The notes under the pieces were generated by a model. It made no database searches. It had not been told where the DNA came from and saw only the letters and a program-made list of their open reading frames with translations. A stretch of DNA of 63,967 nucleotides, the filler included, from Reticulomyxa filosa (lineage: Eukaryota; Protista; Foraminifera): assembly GCA_000512085.1 (NCBI GenBank). It is 18 parts of 18 records of this genome, joined end to end, with 100 filler letters (N's around TTAATTAATTAA, not from the genome) between each part and the next. Parts side by side here need not be neighbours in the genome. Positions count along the whole stretch, not along the records: positions 7,171 to 11,497 come from ASPP01050075.1; positions 11,598 to 13,697 come from ASPP01034355.1; positions 13,798 to 15,256 come from ASPP01041094.1; positions 15,357 to 20,353 come from ASPP01007008.1; positions 20,454 to 24,088 come from ASPP01026566.1; positions 24,189 to 26,835 come from ASPP01010261.1; 12 more parts are not named here. One strand, given 5' to 3'. Positions 10,459-24,274 of the stretch are shown here, piece after piece (the stretch's first letter is position 1; each line of letters begins with the position of its first letter). The translations under genes were made by a program, and so were the position numbers.

Positions 10459-13400
10459 TAGCACAGATTTGTGGTTATGAAAACTTTTTAAAGTACGTAT
10501 ACATTTACTTTTCCCCGCCCTCCGTATCTTTAACATTATGCTGATTTGAAAAGAGAAGAAGAAAATAGTAACGAGAGAGAAAGCTCTTTCCAAAGATTTT
10601 AAATTTTTTTTTTTTTTTTTGGAGAGTACGCTTTCCAATTTATCCTTTTTTTTTTTCCCCAAGTGTTTGTGCATTTACTCGTGCTCCAAATATAGAAAAC
10701 GTTTTTTTTCTTTCTTTTGGAGGGGTTTTTTAATGTTTTGTGTGGATTGGTTTTGGTGGTTTAGAGAAAATATTATTGTGTTTTTTCTTTTTTTCAAAAA
10801 GATGCATGAGCAGCGATCGCTGCCAATTTTTGTGACAAAATGAATCAAATTCTTTAAAAATAAATATAAATAAAAATGAACGCACAACGAAGTAGTTTTC
10901 CTATGTGCTCACTCTGAACACAAACAAAGGTTGTGATAATTGACGCGGACAATTTTGAGTTAAACTGTGCCGAAAAAGAGGAGGCTCTTTTGTTTAAAAA
11001 AATTGTTTGATTTGGCAATCGAAGGAATGAGGAAAAGAGATAACAAAAAAAAAAAAAGACAGAGGACAAGAGAGTGAGAATTAAAAACAAAGGAAAAAAA
11101 ATGAGCACAAATGAAGACCAATAGTAAGTCAACCTCATAGATGCACAACAAATACTTAAGCTATTTAATAAGTTGTTATGTGTGATAACTTTTCTTTCCG
11201 TTCACTATCCAAAAACAAATCGTCTAAATAAGGAAAAAGACAAAACAAAGAAACAGCAAAAGTCAAAGAAACCCCATCATGACAAATTTGAACCCAAAAA
11301 AAAAAAAAAAAAAGAAAAGAAATTGCAGAGAAAATGGGAAAAATAAAATAACAATTAAAAAAAAATGGACGACAAAAACTAATATAATAAAGAGACCAAA
11401 GCGGAAGGCGCAGACGATGGAAGTGTCTTCCCGCATCCCCACTCCATTGATGAGAATGAGAGCGAAGGAGGAGGGGGGAAGGAAGAAGAGGGGGGGGNNN
11501 NNNNNNNNNNNNNNNNNNNNNNNNNNNNNNNNNNNNNNNNNTTAATTAATTAANNNNNNNNNNNNNNNNNNNNNNNNNNNNNNNNNNNNNNNNNNNNGCC
11601 AACGAGCAAGTGAAACTCGGTCGTTATCGAAATGGTGCCAACTTTGTAAACTCAAGATAACAATCGAAACTAGTTGCGTGAGTATATGCTAAAATTTGAA
11701 TGTTAAATGACGCGCGTGCTGATTGGAGGAATCGTAAGTTTGCATGCGACATTGAACATTGATAATCGTTGAATAGATAGATAAATCTTGCATTGGATGG
11801 AGTCAGAAAATGCAATAATGTGTGCCTTGCGTTTGTTGAAAGAGCACCTGTAATCTTTGCTGAACTGTTCCGGGCGACATGTTGGATGTCAATCAAGAAA
11901 ACAAGAAAGAAAAACAAGAACGAATACGTCTAAAAAATGGAAATACAAACGATACCCTCCCATAATCTGATCGTCAATCCAAAAATTGTTGAATGGACGT
12001 ATGGTAATGGATACGAAAATTTCCAATAACAGCAGTTATCCAAGGCCAAAGTGTGTAATCTCATTACAAGGGTGGCTATAGCGAATGAATTTGGTATTTT
12101 AGAAAATATCAACTATATGATGGTATGGAAACAGTTGGAAAAAAATTCTCACAGTTCAATCGACGACGATCTAGACCTTGGTGCTGTCCGACTATGAGGC
12201 GAGCTTGTCAAAAAAAAAGGAAAAAAAAAGATGTGATAATATCACGCAAAATGTAAACTATATTGATATTGCAGTATCGCAACAACATCAACTAGATTGG
12301 TGGAGAAATAAAAGAAAATCCATAAGAGGACGCGGACGTTGCAGAAAATAAACAAATCGCACTGGTGGTCAAGTAAGCCAATCTCATATTGAACTATACT
12401 CCGATGTCGTTGCTCAATTTTGGTGGATGAGTTTTGCGAAACTCAAGCCAACATCACTAGCAAACAAGAAGAGGAAGATATGAAATGATGAATAGAAAGA
12501 AGATTCCGAAGATATCGCGTTGGATTTGTTTTAAAAAATAAAAAATACCATCTATCAACTTCAGTTATTAAATGGCTCTTCACACCCGCAAATGGCGGCT
12601 TTGCGCACTCTTGCACGGACTAATTTCATAATGCGCTCCATAGAAGCTTCTTTCCCCGTATAAATGTCAACCGCGGCGCCAGTGATGTCTATAATGATGA
12701 CAACAAAACGCAGTCCATGTCATCGTTTACTCATTTGTCAATTGTTCCAATATTTGGATGCTGATGCTATATTCCACAGTTTGATTTGGTGTGCACGGAA
12801 AAGCTAATGTTGTTGCGCATTTGCTATAAAAAACAACATCGTGCCAGTCAATAATTGGATCGACGATTCGAAAACCGCTCATTATTTGTCAAGAAAAAAG
12901 TTTGGATATTGGCAATGTTGATGGCGCTGGGTGGATACATGAATATACTCTATGTCAGCAATCAAGCTCCCTCCTTTCCACACGATCTTGGTTGGTTATT
13001 TATATGCGCCTGTTCCAAGTTCGTGTTACTGTCGTTATAATCGTGTGTGTCCATTGGTTGAAAAAGTTTATATATATACATTTTTTATGTACATATTCAA
13101 TATTTAATAGCAACATTTTTATACGTACATGATTATTTTTTTTATATGTATGTGATATGTGTTGCTTGAAATATTTTATAGATATTCCAAAGTCTAACAA
13201 TGAAATTTTGGAATGTGGATGGACAAGTTTTTGCTGTATGCATTGTCATTGGTACTGAAACGAGTTCCCAGCGATGGCAACAGTAACAGCAATGGCAGTA
13301 GTAACAATATGATGATTGCAATAAATGAAAATAAAATTGGCAACCTCATCGTCACATTGTTGCTGGAAACACAATATATCATCAAATCATGTAAGCCGCA

Positions 13401-13799
13401 CTACAACGCACGCAAATGTCATTTATCTAATAAATTTATTTGTTCATCATTGAATAAATATCTATTAATGATGTCGTGCTTCAAATATGGCCACTGTATT
13501 ACGTTTTGAATAACGTAGTTTGGAAAAAAGATTGGAAGTCCATATCGTGTAATGTGGCTCATGGTTGATGAATTGAAATCGAATAATTGAAAGTGGTGAG
13601 CTGAAGATTACAATGATTATATGTGCAATCTATATTCCAAGTTATAATATTTCTATAATTTGATTGAAGCATGTATGATCAGTACTCATGTATATAANNN
13701 NNNNNNNNNNNNNNNNNNNNNNNNNNNNNNNNNNNNNNNNNTTAATTAATTAANNNNNNNNNNNNNNNNNNNNNNNNNNNNNNNNNNNNNNNNNNNNTA

Positions 13800-14350
13800 A
13801 CTATTTCATAATTTTTTCCGACTTATGGCATGTTGCATTATTTTGCTGGAAAATACAATCTTTTTTATTTTATAAGCAGTAATCCACGCTCTTTAGCATT
13901 TTGTCAGATAAAATTTCTTTATATATCAGTATTTACTCCACCTTCCATCTTGCAAGCGTAACCTGTTCCTAATGCTCCAAAACATGACCAGACTAACATG
14001 CTTCCACCAAATTTTGCTCTTCTTGTTATGAAATTTTCATCTAATGGTTGTCTTGGTCGTTTCCATACATATCTTATACAATCACTTCCATTTAAATTAA
14101 TCCTGCTTTCATCTGAAAAAAAAACGTTTTTCCAGTCTTCAACCGTCCAACTTTCGTGCTCTAACGCAAATTCATATCTTGCTTTTTTTTATTTCATTGT
14201 CAGCAATGGTTTTTTCTTTTTTGTAATAGCACTTAGCCCACTTTGCTTTAACATATCTATAATTGTCGAACGCGAAACAGGAGCAAAATTTCTTCTTTCC
14301 ATTTCTCTTATAACATCTCTTGCTGTAAAATACTTACCAGTTATCATCCA
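13800..14350 (-). mobile_element. Tc1/mariner transposase pseudogene
   Basis: Reads 'VSRSTIIDMLKQSGL..KKKPLLTMK*KKARYEFALEHESWTVEDWKNVFFSDESRINL..YVWKRP..KFGGSMLVWSCFGALGTG', then a frameshifted 'FQQNNATCHKS' (QDNAxxH with D->N). It has an internal TAA and is truncated by the contig end. Confidence 0.92.
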
Positions 14351-15576
14351 TCTTAAATACACAAAAAAATACAAGTTTTCAATTTCCGAAAATACAAAAA
14401 ATTAGAACCAAGTTTTTTCTTATCAACAATCAACAAATTATTTTTTTAAAAAATACTTTCAGGATTGCTCTATGCTATATTTGTTTGTATTAATCATGGC
14501 AGAATAATAACTTTTTTCAATTCAACAGTATAAGATGCATTGTGAATTATTTTAAAAAAGACTTGTAACACTTGAAAAAACTTTTTAACCTCTAGTGTAG
14601 TGTGAAAAGGCACTTTTAAAAATCCTTAAAGCTGTGACAGGCGAAAAATGATTTTTTTTCTTCTTAAGATGATCACAGTTCGAATTGAACCTCTTGTTTA
14701 CCAAAAACTCAACAAAAAAACCAAAAATTCTTTTTTATTTTTTATTTGTTATTTTATGCAAACGCCTTTTTTAATCAATGCCATTTTGCATCATTGTTGT
14801 TTTTGGCACGTAGAAGTCTTCATTTCTTCCATCATTCTATAAAATAATACAAAGTATTATATCTCCTTTTAAATTTTTCAAGTACCACTCGGGTTGATTG
14901 AATCCTTAGACAGTTATAATATGACGGTAATTTCCTTTGTTGTGATGTAAAAAAAATTTATATTTTATGAATTCTTGAAAGTTTTTATCAATTCCACAAT
15001 TGGGATAATAAAATATCAAATTATATTCAAAAAATAAAACTAATGGGTTTGATTTAAACACAACTTATGATAATTGAATATAATTTCATTGTCTCATATA
15101 AAAGTCAAAAAAAGGATAACATATGATAAAAATGAATAAAATAAAATACTATTTGCGCTAAAAATGGCAAAATCAGCTAAAAAAAAATGATAATTCTAAA
15201 CTCTGAACATTACCAAAATTTAAAAAAAAGCAAATGAAGGGAAAATCGAAAAAGAANNNNNNNNNNNNNNNNNNNNNNNNNNNNNNNNNNNNNNNNNNNN
15301 TTAATTAATTAANNNNNNNNNNNNNNNNNNNNNNNNNNNNNNNNNNNNNNNNNNNNTACTGTATTTAAAAATTAAAATACAGATATTCATACGATATTAT
15401 GAACACAATAAAAATTTAAAATTAACTAAATTCGTGTTCTCACATATAATTTATTATTTTCCCTTTAGCGCTAACATATGACAAAAAGATAGCAAATTAT
15501 TTTTGCTTTATTTTGTTTTGTTGTTTGCTTTACACTCTAACAAAGTGCCCCGTCAAAATTCCGTATTGAATTTTCC

Positions 15577-17765
15577 ATGGATAATAGTATTGTTGAAAAT
15601 GAAATGCAATTTACGGCAAGTGGCATAATAAAAGAACAGCCCACAACAGATGATTTTGAAACGAAGACGACCCCTGACGATGTCTCGCAGAACCCAGCAA
15701 AAGGTTGCTTTGCAAAGGAATGGAAGCACGAAATACTTTCTTTAATTAATATTGCCGGTCCATCAACATTTATAAATTTGGTAAGCGGGACGTATCGATC
15801 GTTTACGATAATATTTGTGGGACAGTATCTGACAACCGATGACTTTGCAGGAATGGCACTGGGGACACTGACAACCAACCTGACTGGTCTGGCGTCAATC
15901 ACTGGAGCCTTAAGTGCAATGGACACATTGTGTGGACATGTAAACAAAAAAAAAAGTGTCAAAGAAAATGAATAAACATCGTTTTTTTCTGAATTGCTTA
16001 TTCGAATAAATTGAAAATTGGTTTTTATATTGTACATGTGGAATGAAAAAGTAGGCCTACGGCAGTCAACATTATGTAATATATTCATTGGCTACACAAC
16101 GTGGAGTCATACTCTCAATTTTGTTATGGGTGGTCATTGGGCTGCTGTGGGTGTTCATGACTCCCATATTGATGCTCTTGAATCAGCCACATGAAGCTGC
16201 TGTTCGTGCGGGTTTGTTTTGCAAAATGTTACGTTATCTTTTTTTATTTTTTCAAAGCTCGATTTTTGAAGCAAACTTGAAAGACGTATTCATATAGGAA
16301 AAAAAAAATATATATATATACATATATATGCAAAAATAATATTTTATAAACCAAGTAAGTAAACGTGCATATAATGTTTTGCACATAGCTACATCGTCTT
16401 TTTGCCATTGTTTGCAGTAATGGATATCCAAAAGAGGTTTTTAACGTGTCAAAATGTAGTGCAATGCCAAGTGGTTTTTTCGATTGTGTTTTTGTGTATA
16501 TTTCACACTTTATTGTGTTATCTCGTCATCCCTAACAACGGGTTTGAAGCAGCTGTGTGGTGTAATGTTATTTCCACTTTTCTCTACGTATTGGCATTGC
16601 ATTTGTACATGGTCAAGTTTCAACCGCATTCATCACATACCTTTCAATGTTTGCATGTTGTTTTTTTTTATCTCTCTTCTCTCAATCACATTGTATACGT
16701 AAGTACGTATACAACGAAATATTATAATCGAAAGAAAGGGGGGGGGGATGTAAACAGCATGGACGTGGAAATTAGCGATTAATTGGAAAAGTGATCACGA
16801 AGAAAAAAATTCAGCAAGTTCATTGGGATCTACTAAAGCGAATTCAAATGAAGCACTCGAAGTGAAAGAAATGGACGAGAAAAAGGACGTAGAGAATGAT
16901 ATGGAGAATGATGTGGAGAATGATGTGGAAAATAATGTGGAGATAGTGACAAAGGCAAAGATTGTGGAAAATAATCCCACTGCGCAAATCGAAAAACAAC
17001 TAGAAGCAAAAGATGAGTTGGGACAGTCGATAGTTTTAGAAAGATATGCAGGTTTGAAAGGATACGTAATATTGGCTTTGGCTGGGATTGGCACTCAATG
17101 CAATGAGTGGTGGAGTTGGGAAGCTAATTCATTATTGGTCGGATTGCTTGGCACAGATACATTGGCAGCCCATAGCATTTATGTGTTAATTGTTTCCTTT
17201 GCGTTTATGCTACCTTATGGAATTTCCATTGCATTGTCCACACGATTGGGTCATTTGCTTGGCTGTCACCAGTTTCGATTGGCCAAACAAGTTGCTATCT
17301 GGGGCTGGTGTACTCCTTTCTTCACTACCATTTTTATTTCCATTGCTATTCTCGCTGCCACTGACCCAATCGCACGACTGTTTACACCCGATCCCGCCGT
17401 TATTTCGATTGCTCGCTCTATTGCCCCTTTTGCAGCCTTTTTTCTTTTGTTAGATGCGCTGCAAGGTGTTGGTCAAGGCATTTTGCGGGGGTTGTCATTG
17501 CAGACAAAAGCGGTTTGTGTTTACTTCACCAAGACTATTTTATATTAAAATAAAATTTTTCTTTTTGAAAAAATAGGTTTATCCAATTATTATTACCGCT
17601 TGGTTTATTGGCCTTCCCATGGCCGCTGTGCTGGCTTTTGCTTGCAATCTAGATTTGAGGGGCACATGGATTGGAGTCACTATTGGATACTTTGTCATGG
17701 ATATATCTTTGTTTGCCATTTACTGCACTTATCAATGGCAAGGCTCTGCATACCATACTTTTTAA
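15577..17765 (+). CDS. MATE-family efflux transporter (multi-exon)
   Basis: 'GALSAMDTLCGH|AYG', 'EWWSWE..LLVGLLG..LAAHSI', 'FMLPYGISIALSTRLGHLLG', 'LDALQGVGQGILRG' and a last exon 'IGLPMA..LRGTWIG' (17577-17765). Confidence 0.93.
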
Positions 17766-20317
17766 TTAAATAGTATTGCAGTCTTACAATTTTTTTTCGT
17801 TTATTTGTTTTTCAATTTTTACACTCTTTTATTGCAGGTCCAACAATGCACTATATTTTGTCAAAACAAAAATCTAGCGCATTGACCAAACAGTTTTTGT
17901 TTTATTTTAATTAATGGTGTCTATTTGTTTAAATAACATTTTTTATTTAGTTAAATTTTTATTTTTATTGCAAATCCTTCAATGCATTAAAGCAAAATTC
18001 ATAAAGTATAATATGATACAATATGTTAAATCTGGTGAATAGTTTGATTATGTCGATCATGTATGCTAATATGACTAGTAGTCTAACATATAGTACGAAG
18101 TTTGTGCTAAGTGATATATAATAACTTTCAAATCAATTGATATATTATGTTAAGTATAATGATGTCTTAATCTATATTATAACGATTATCACTATAACTT
18201 TGGCACTATATTATATAGTTTGTCAATGTACATACAATACACTGAACTGTATTGTTGATCAATTATAACATATACTTGATATATATACGTGAATGTTATT
18301 TATTTTATTTCAATTTTATATAATCAGTATTATATATATATAGTCTTTTATCATTTGATCAGTATGATCGACATATATTAGCTTGCAATGATCGCAAATA
18401 CTATATTCAGCTCTACAAACATCACAATACAAATATATCTTATTATGTGTATTTTAAAAAATAAGTTGATTTATACTTACGTAGTAATGTACACTCAATC
18501 TTTTTTGTTGTTTTGTTACTTACTTTATCACTTAACAAGTTATTATATTACTAAAATAATTTTAAAAATATATAACAATTAAAATTTCATTTTCTTTATT
18601 GACCCAATGTCAATATAAAAAAAATAACAATAACTTTAAACAATATAAATCAAGTTTTTATATATAAGTTATGTAAATGCTAACTACACTATCGTGAACA
18701 AAAAAAAGAATTTTCTACTAACTGTATTTGTATATTCTATTTTTGTTTATTTTATTGTTTAATGTAATTAAGACATATATACAAATATTGAATATTCGAC
18801 ATTAATATTTAAATTCTTTATTATTGATATAATTCAAAATGCATTGTTTTGCTCGATCAAATAACAAAATATTGTTTTCATCAAGCTAGCAATATTTTCG
18901 TAGTTTGTTAATAAATATATTACTAATTCTATTTATAATGTATTTCCATTCTAATCATTATTTGTTGTATCCACTCGAACACAAAATTAAAACAACATAT
19001 TCATCAACAATGCTATTCTTGCCTTGTCAATCCAAATCTGGAGTAATTTCCAATTAATTTATTCATATGATCCTTAATTTTTTATCCAAATTTTTTTTAG
19101 ATCAAACGAATTCAACAATACACATAACATAAAAAAATGAACTTCAAAAAGTTGAACGACCAAATATAACATTGATTGATTATTATCATTGACTTCACAA
19201 TCACTACAATCTTTACCGTCATTGCAACGCTAATCACGTCGTCTTTTGTAACAATAATCACAATCAACATCTGATGTTCGAAAAATCAAACGATGTTTAG
19301 TTATAGCTTAGGGTAAGTTTTTAAAAATCAGTGAACGTTGAATTTCTAATACACAAATCATACTTGACAAATTTTAAAAGAAAAAGGGCATGTATTTCAA
19401 TGTTACCAACTAAAGCTTTTTTCCACTTTTTGAGCACCGAAATCAATCTTACGTAACAAAAACAGTTGACAACGTATTAAACCTCTTTTAATATATATGA
19501 TTGTATGCCTATCAATGAATTTACTATTACTCGAACTATTTTCTTTGTTACCATAGAGTAATAGAACGGAGTCTGCAAAACGCCAGTAAGCAAAATAATT
19601 GAAACGTGTAACTCCCATATTTTGAAAATCATCACAATGTCGTCAAAAAGTCCAAAATCACATCCGGTAACAATGAGCAAATAGTGTTTCTTTGTTTTTG
19701 GAGAGCAAGAGCTGTATTTATGTGTTTCTTTACATTGCACAAAAAAAAAAACGGCGTAGACAACTCCTCTGTTGGGGGAAAAAAAATTGCAACCATCAGA
19801 AGTCCTGTTGGGTGCCAAGAAGTCACAGAATCGTGTTTATGGATATCAGCCAACATCAATCCAATCAATGCATGTTTCGCTGCCATTACCACAAAAAAGC
19901 GGCAAGGCACACATCAGAACATCGACACCCCCGTTGCAAAGCGCAGCGAACGAGGCAAGTTTGTTGAGTGACGACAACAACAACAACAACAACAATATCT
20001 TGGAGCCTTCACAGACATGGAACCAACTGAGAGAAGAAGAAGAAGAGCGAAATGCAATGGGTGCAACGAATGTAATGGATCAACTCAGTCTCGTCGAAAG
20101 TTTATCCAGCAGCAGTCTCACGTACCGCTGGAACAGTACATCGCGCATATACGAGACCCGACTAGCAAAGACTGGGACATTCCACGAATGGACGTGGTGG
20201 CGGACAGACATGGATTTATTGATTACAACGACTATGCCAATCTTATGAAAGACGACTAGTTTCGAATGGACAAAAATTTTCTGTACATTTCTTGTTATTG
20301 TTATTATTATTATAATC

Positions 20318-20353
<36 letters not shown>

Positions 20354-20511
20354 NNNNNNNNNNNNNNNNNNNNNNNNNNNNNNNNNNNNNNNNNNNNTTA
20401 ATTAATTAANNNNNNNNNNNNNNNNNNNNNNNNNNNNNNNNNNNNNNNNNNNNGTTTCTTATTTCTATACTCTTTAGTCCATTTTTGCTTTCTTTTTCCT
20501 CTTTTTCTTTA

Positions 20512-21582
20512 TCATCTTCTTGGTACTAATTCAACCCCGGCCATCGCAAGCAATCGCTTGGAAGCAATAAATTTTTTGTCGTTTGCATACTTGTCACTTA
20601 GATAGTAGATTTTAGTGATACCGGCTTGAATAATTAATTTGGCACAATCATTGCAAGGGAACAATAACACGTACATCGTGCAATTTTTTAAATCGGTGTT
20701 TCGGTTTAAAATTGCATTCATTTCTGCATGACAAACATATGGATACTTGGTGTCGTTTTCATTTCCAGTTGATGATATTCGATTCCATGGAAGTAGATCG
20801 TCGCTGCATCCCCATGGAAATCCGTTGTATCCAATACCTTTAAAATATATTATAATAAAAGCAAGTCCATTTTAGTTACACAATTCTCATGAACAAATTG
20901 CAAATAGGTATAAACGACTGTTTAAGTTAATGAGTTATTACCAACAATTTTTTTGTCGCTGTTGACAATGCAAGCTCCCACTTGCGTATTTGGGTCTTTG
21001 CTTCGGTAGCTGCTCAATTTTGCAACTGCCATAAAATATTCATCCCAGCTCAAGTAATCCTTTCTTTTGCTAACCTTCAACTCGGTCTTTTTTAAAAAAT
21101 ATTAGATTGTAAGTATTTTTCCCGAATTAATCAAAGTTTTGTTTTATTTTTCTAAGAGTGTTTTTCTTTTGTTTCTCGGATTTTTTGAGGTTGGTCACAA
21201 GATTTTAACATGAAAATAAATTCATTTTTTTTTTTTCTTTCTTCCTCCAAATAAACGACAAAACTTTTTGTTGTGTTGTCAGGCTAAGTTTCATATCGCT
21301 TTTGTTGCAAGAACAACACGTCGAATTCGTGCGGATGTTATTTTCAAAAATTGTCATTGTAAACAAATTTTTACAAATACTATTCCAATTTTTGAAAAAT
21401 GTATATTGTTTGATACGCACAATTTTTTCATAAACGAAAAAACCACTTAGACATGCTAGGCCAATAACCATCAGCAACGGACCGACTTCTTGCACATGTT
21501 CTTTCTGTAGCCAAGTACAGAGGCCTATTATCATGCTTTCCATCCCAAGAGCAAGAATTAGCACTGAAAATGTGTTTGACAT
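20512..21582 (-). CDS. DCTD: dCMP deaminase, probably with an N-terminal hydrophobic extension
   Basis: Exon 21086-20942 '[35 protein letters not shown]' and exon 20837-20512 '[39 protein letters not shown]' carry the HAE and PCxxC zinc motifs. The upstream exon beginning at 21582 is inferred. Confidence 0.93.
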
Positions 21583-21979
21583 CTTTCCGAGCTTGATAAA
21601 AAAGAAAAAGTATTTTTGATTGAGAACAAGGGTTACAAAAACATTGGTTCAAAAGTTTAAAAAACACTTGAAGTGAGTAGAATGAAGTTATAAAATTAAA
21701 CTAACCATTTTGGGTAATTTTTTTAGAATTGACTATATTTAAATCTCAAGTCACTGAAAAAAATATAGCAAGATATTTACCAATTTATTATTGAGTCGTT
21801 TGTTGAATAAAATGGAAAGTGGCAAAGAAGAGACTCGTGTATTGACTCTAGCTTTTTTTGGCTGAATGTGTTCATGGAACGGTTTTGTTTTCGAGAAGTT
21901 ACTCGAAAAAAGGCATACTTACAAATCTAAAACTTTAATCACAGTAATGGGAAAAGAAGGAAGGCGTATCTTTAAAACA

Positions 21980-23915
21980 TTAAGAACTCGGTTGAAGAAG
22001 TTCCTTAAATCTTTTTATTCCCTCTTTCATTTCATCATCGGTTGCAATGCTAAATGCACTTCGAACGAAGGATTTTTTCAGTTTTTCGTACTCTTGTGGA
22101 TCTTCAATTACATGGCCGCGTGTGGTTATTTCTTCTCTTGGATAAAAGCTTTTCCCTGGCAGCATAAGCACTTTCTTGTCAATTGCTTTTTTTAATTCAA
22201 AGGAAGACTTGTCTTTGACAATTTGCAACCAATAAAACATGCCAGCAGTGGGAATGTTATATTTTATCCATTCGTGTTTTGTTCCAAAGTATTGTTGTAG
22301 CAATGATCCCATCATGTCCCTCTTTTTGCCGTAGATGTAGCTGACGTGTTTGAGATGTTCTTTGAACACGGGTTCGCCCCACTCTTGCAATAGTTTGCTT
22401 ACCAAGCTATTTCAAAAGAGCCATTGCAAGGAAGTCCAAGCCATTGATATGAAAAATAGCAACAACAACAACAACAACAGTAACAGAAAGAAACATACAT
22501 TTGGGATACGCCACTCGTGTGTAAGCATGTGGCTTGCATTTGTAGAATGACTTTGTTTACAATGGGCTTTGGTCCGGTCACATAGCCCAAACGTATGCCT
22601 GCTGACAACGTTTTGCTGAGACTGTCCACACGAATGACACGTTTCTCGGTATCAAGTGATTGAAAAGATGGAATGTGTGGTGGGATAAACTTTGATGAGT
22701 CTATGTCAAACATATTACATCCAAGTGTCCTCACAAATGTTAATGTATATATGTGTGACCTTCGGGCAATTTGGAAGAGCCAAATTGTAAATAGTAGTAG
22801 GGATCGTCTTCCAAAATGAGGAGATTATGTTTGCAGGCGATTTCATAGATCTGTAGCGTCAAAGACACAAGAGTAAGTGGTGTATGTGTGTTACACGCAA
22901 ATAAAGCCGACCTGTTTTTTGCGATCCAACGAGTAGGTCATTCCCGAAGGATTTTGTCCAGTGGGGATCAAATACAGCAACTGTCAAACGAAACAATCAA
23001 AAGACACATTGCAACAGGAGATTACCAAAAAAAAAAAAAAGTCGATTAATACCTTTGCATTTCGCTGATGCTTTTGCTTAACGTCGCGAAGAGCGCGCTC
23101 GAGCAGGTCAGGCTTGATGCCTTGTTCGTCACAATCGACACCGGCAATGCCCAGACCGTGTGGAACGCGTGCATTCAAATAAGCCAACGTGCCGCTGAAC
23201 GTGGGCGCCTCGATGACGACGATGTCACTGGGATCCTCCAACACCGCGTCCATGACGCGTGTCAACAGGTCCTGGGATCCACTGCTGAAGCACAGGTCCC
23301 ATGAATCGTCGGTCAGAGATAAGTTATGCTCATGTCCGTGGAATGTCTTGAACCATTGTACCAGACTTGGCAAACCGGGCTATTGTTTCGTCACACTTTG
23401 CTCTGTATACGTATGTGTGTCTACATCACACCCATCTTAACTGTGGGTGAGTACTGCAGCGCTTGCTTCAGCTCCGAAGGTGTCAGTGCCAATGTCTTTC
23501 TTCCGCTACTCGACTTCGCCAAGGACGGCAAATGCGAGTTGTCAATCTCAAATGATAGCGATTTGAATGGAAATATCTCCGGATTCGGCACGCCCGTTGA
23601 AAACGATATCATTCCTGGAATTGCCATCAATGGTATCATCTCACGCGTGGGGGACTATTCCCAGCCATTTTTTCCCTTCCATCTTCGCATTTACCACACA
23701 ACATATATTCTTCCTCCTCATTGCTTTTCTTTTTTAAAAAACTGTCTTTCTAAGCTTACCGGCAGGCGTTGCTTTGCGGTTTGCGCAAGGAATTTCTCAT
23801 AATTTGGCGGATTACTTGAGCTATGCGAACATCGTCGTACAATTCGTACATACAGCATAGAACAAGTTGCTTTCTGAATCTTTAACAACGCTCTGCTTCC
23901 TTTCAGATACATCAT
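21980..23915 (-). CDS. AADAT: Kynurenine/alpha-aminoadipate aminotransferase (AADAT/KAT II, Aro8-like; class I PLP enzyme)
   Basis: '[27 protein letters not shown]', 'ALQYSPT', 'SGSQDLL', '[11 protein letters not shown]', '[10 protein letters not shown]', PLP-lysine motif '[14 protein letters not shown]', and 'GMFYW..VRSAFS'. Several introns. Confidence 0.92.
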
Positions 23916-24274
23916 GTACAATGCTTACTGAGCTTTTCTACATAAAACGAAGCTCGAACATGTCGTTATTCCATGCATTTGCTTTGCAGAAATAATATTG
24001 ATTTGAAAAGAAAAAACATTTTGTATTTTAAAAATAAAAAAAATGTTTCACTCGACCACTTTGATATATTGCAAATTTGCAACATGCTNNNNNNNNNNNN
24101 NNNNNNNNNNNNNNNNNNNNNNNNNNNNNNNNTTAATTAATTAANNNNNNNNNNNNNNNNNNNNNNNNNNNNNNNNNNNNNNNNNNNNGTAAAGTAAATA
24201 AATAATTATATATAATTATTTATTTACTTTACTTTTTTTTTTTTATAAATACACAGAAAAATATGCAAATGTAT

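Noticed and set aside
19772-20259. Possible EF-hand ('ADRHGFIDYNDY') and CxxC-containing ORFs
   Set aside because: There is a single partial motif, the frames compete and no coherent gene model could be built.
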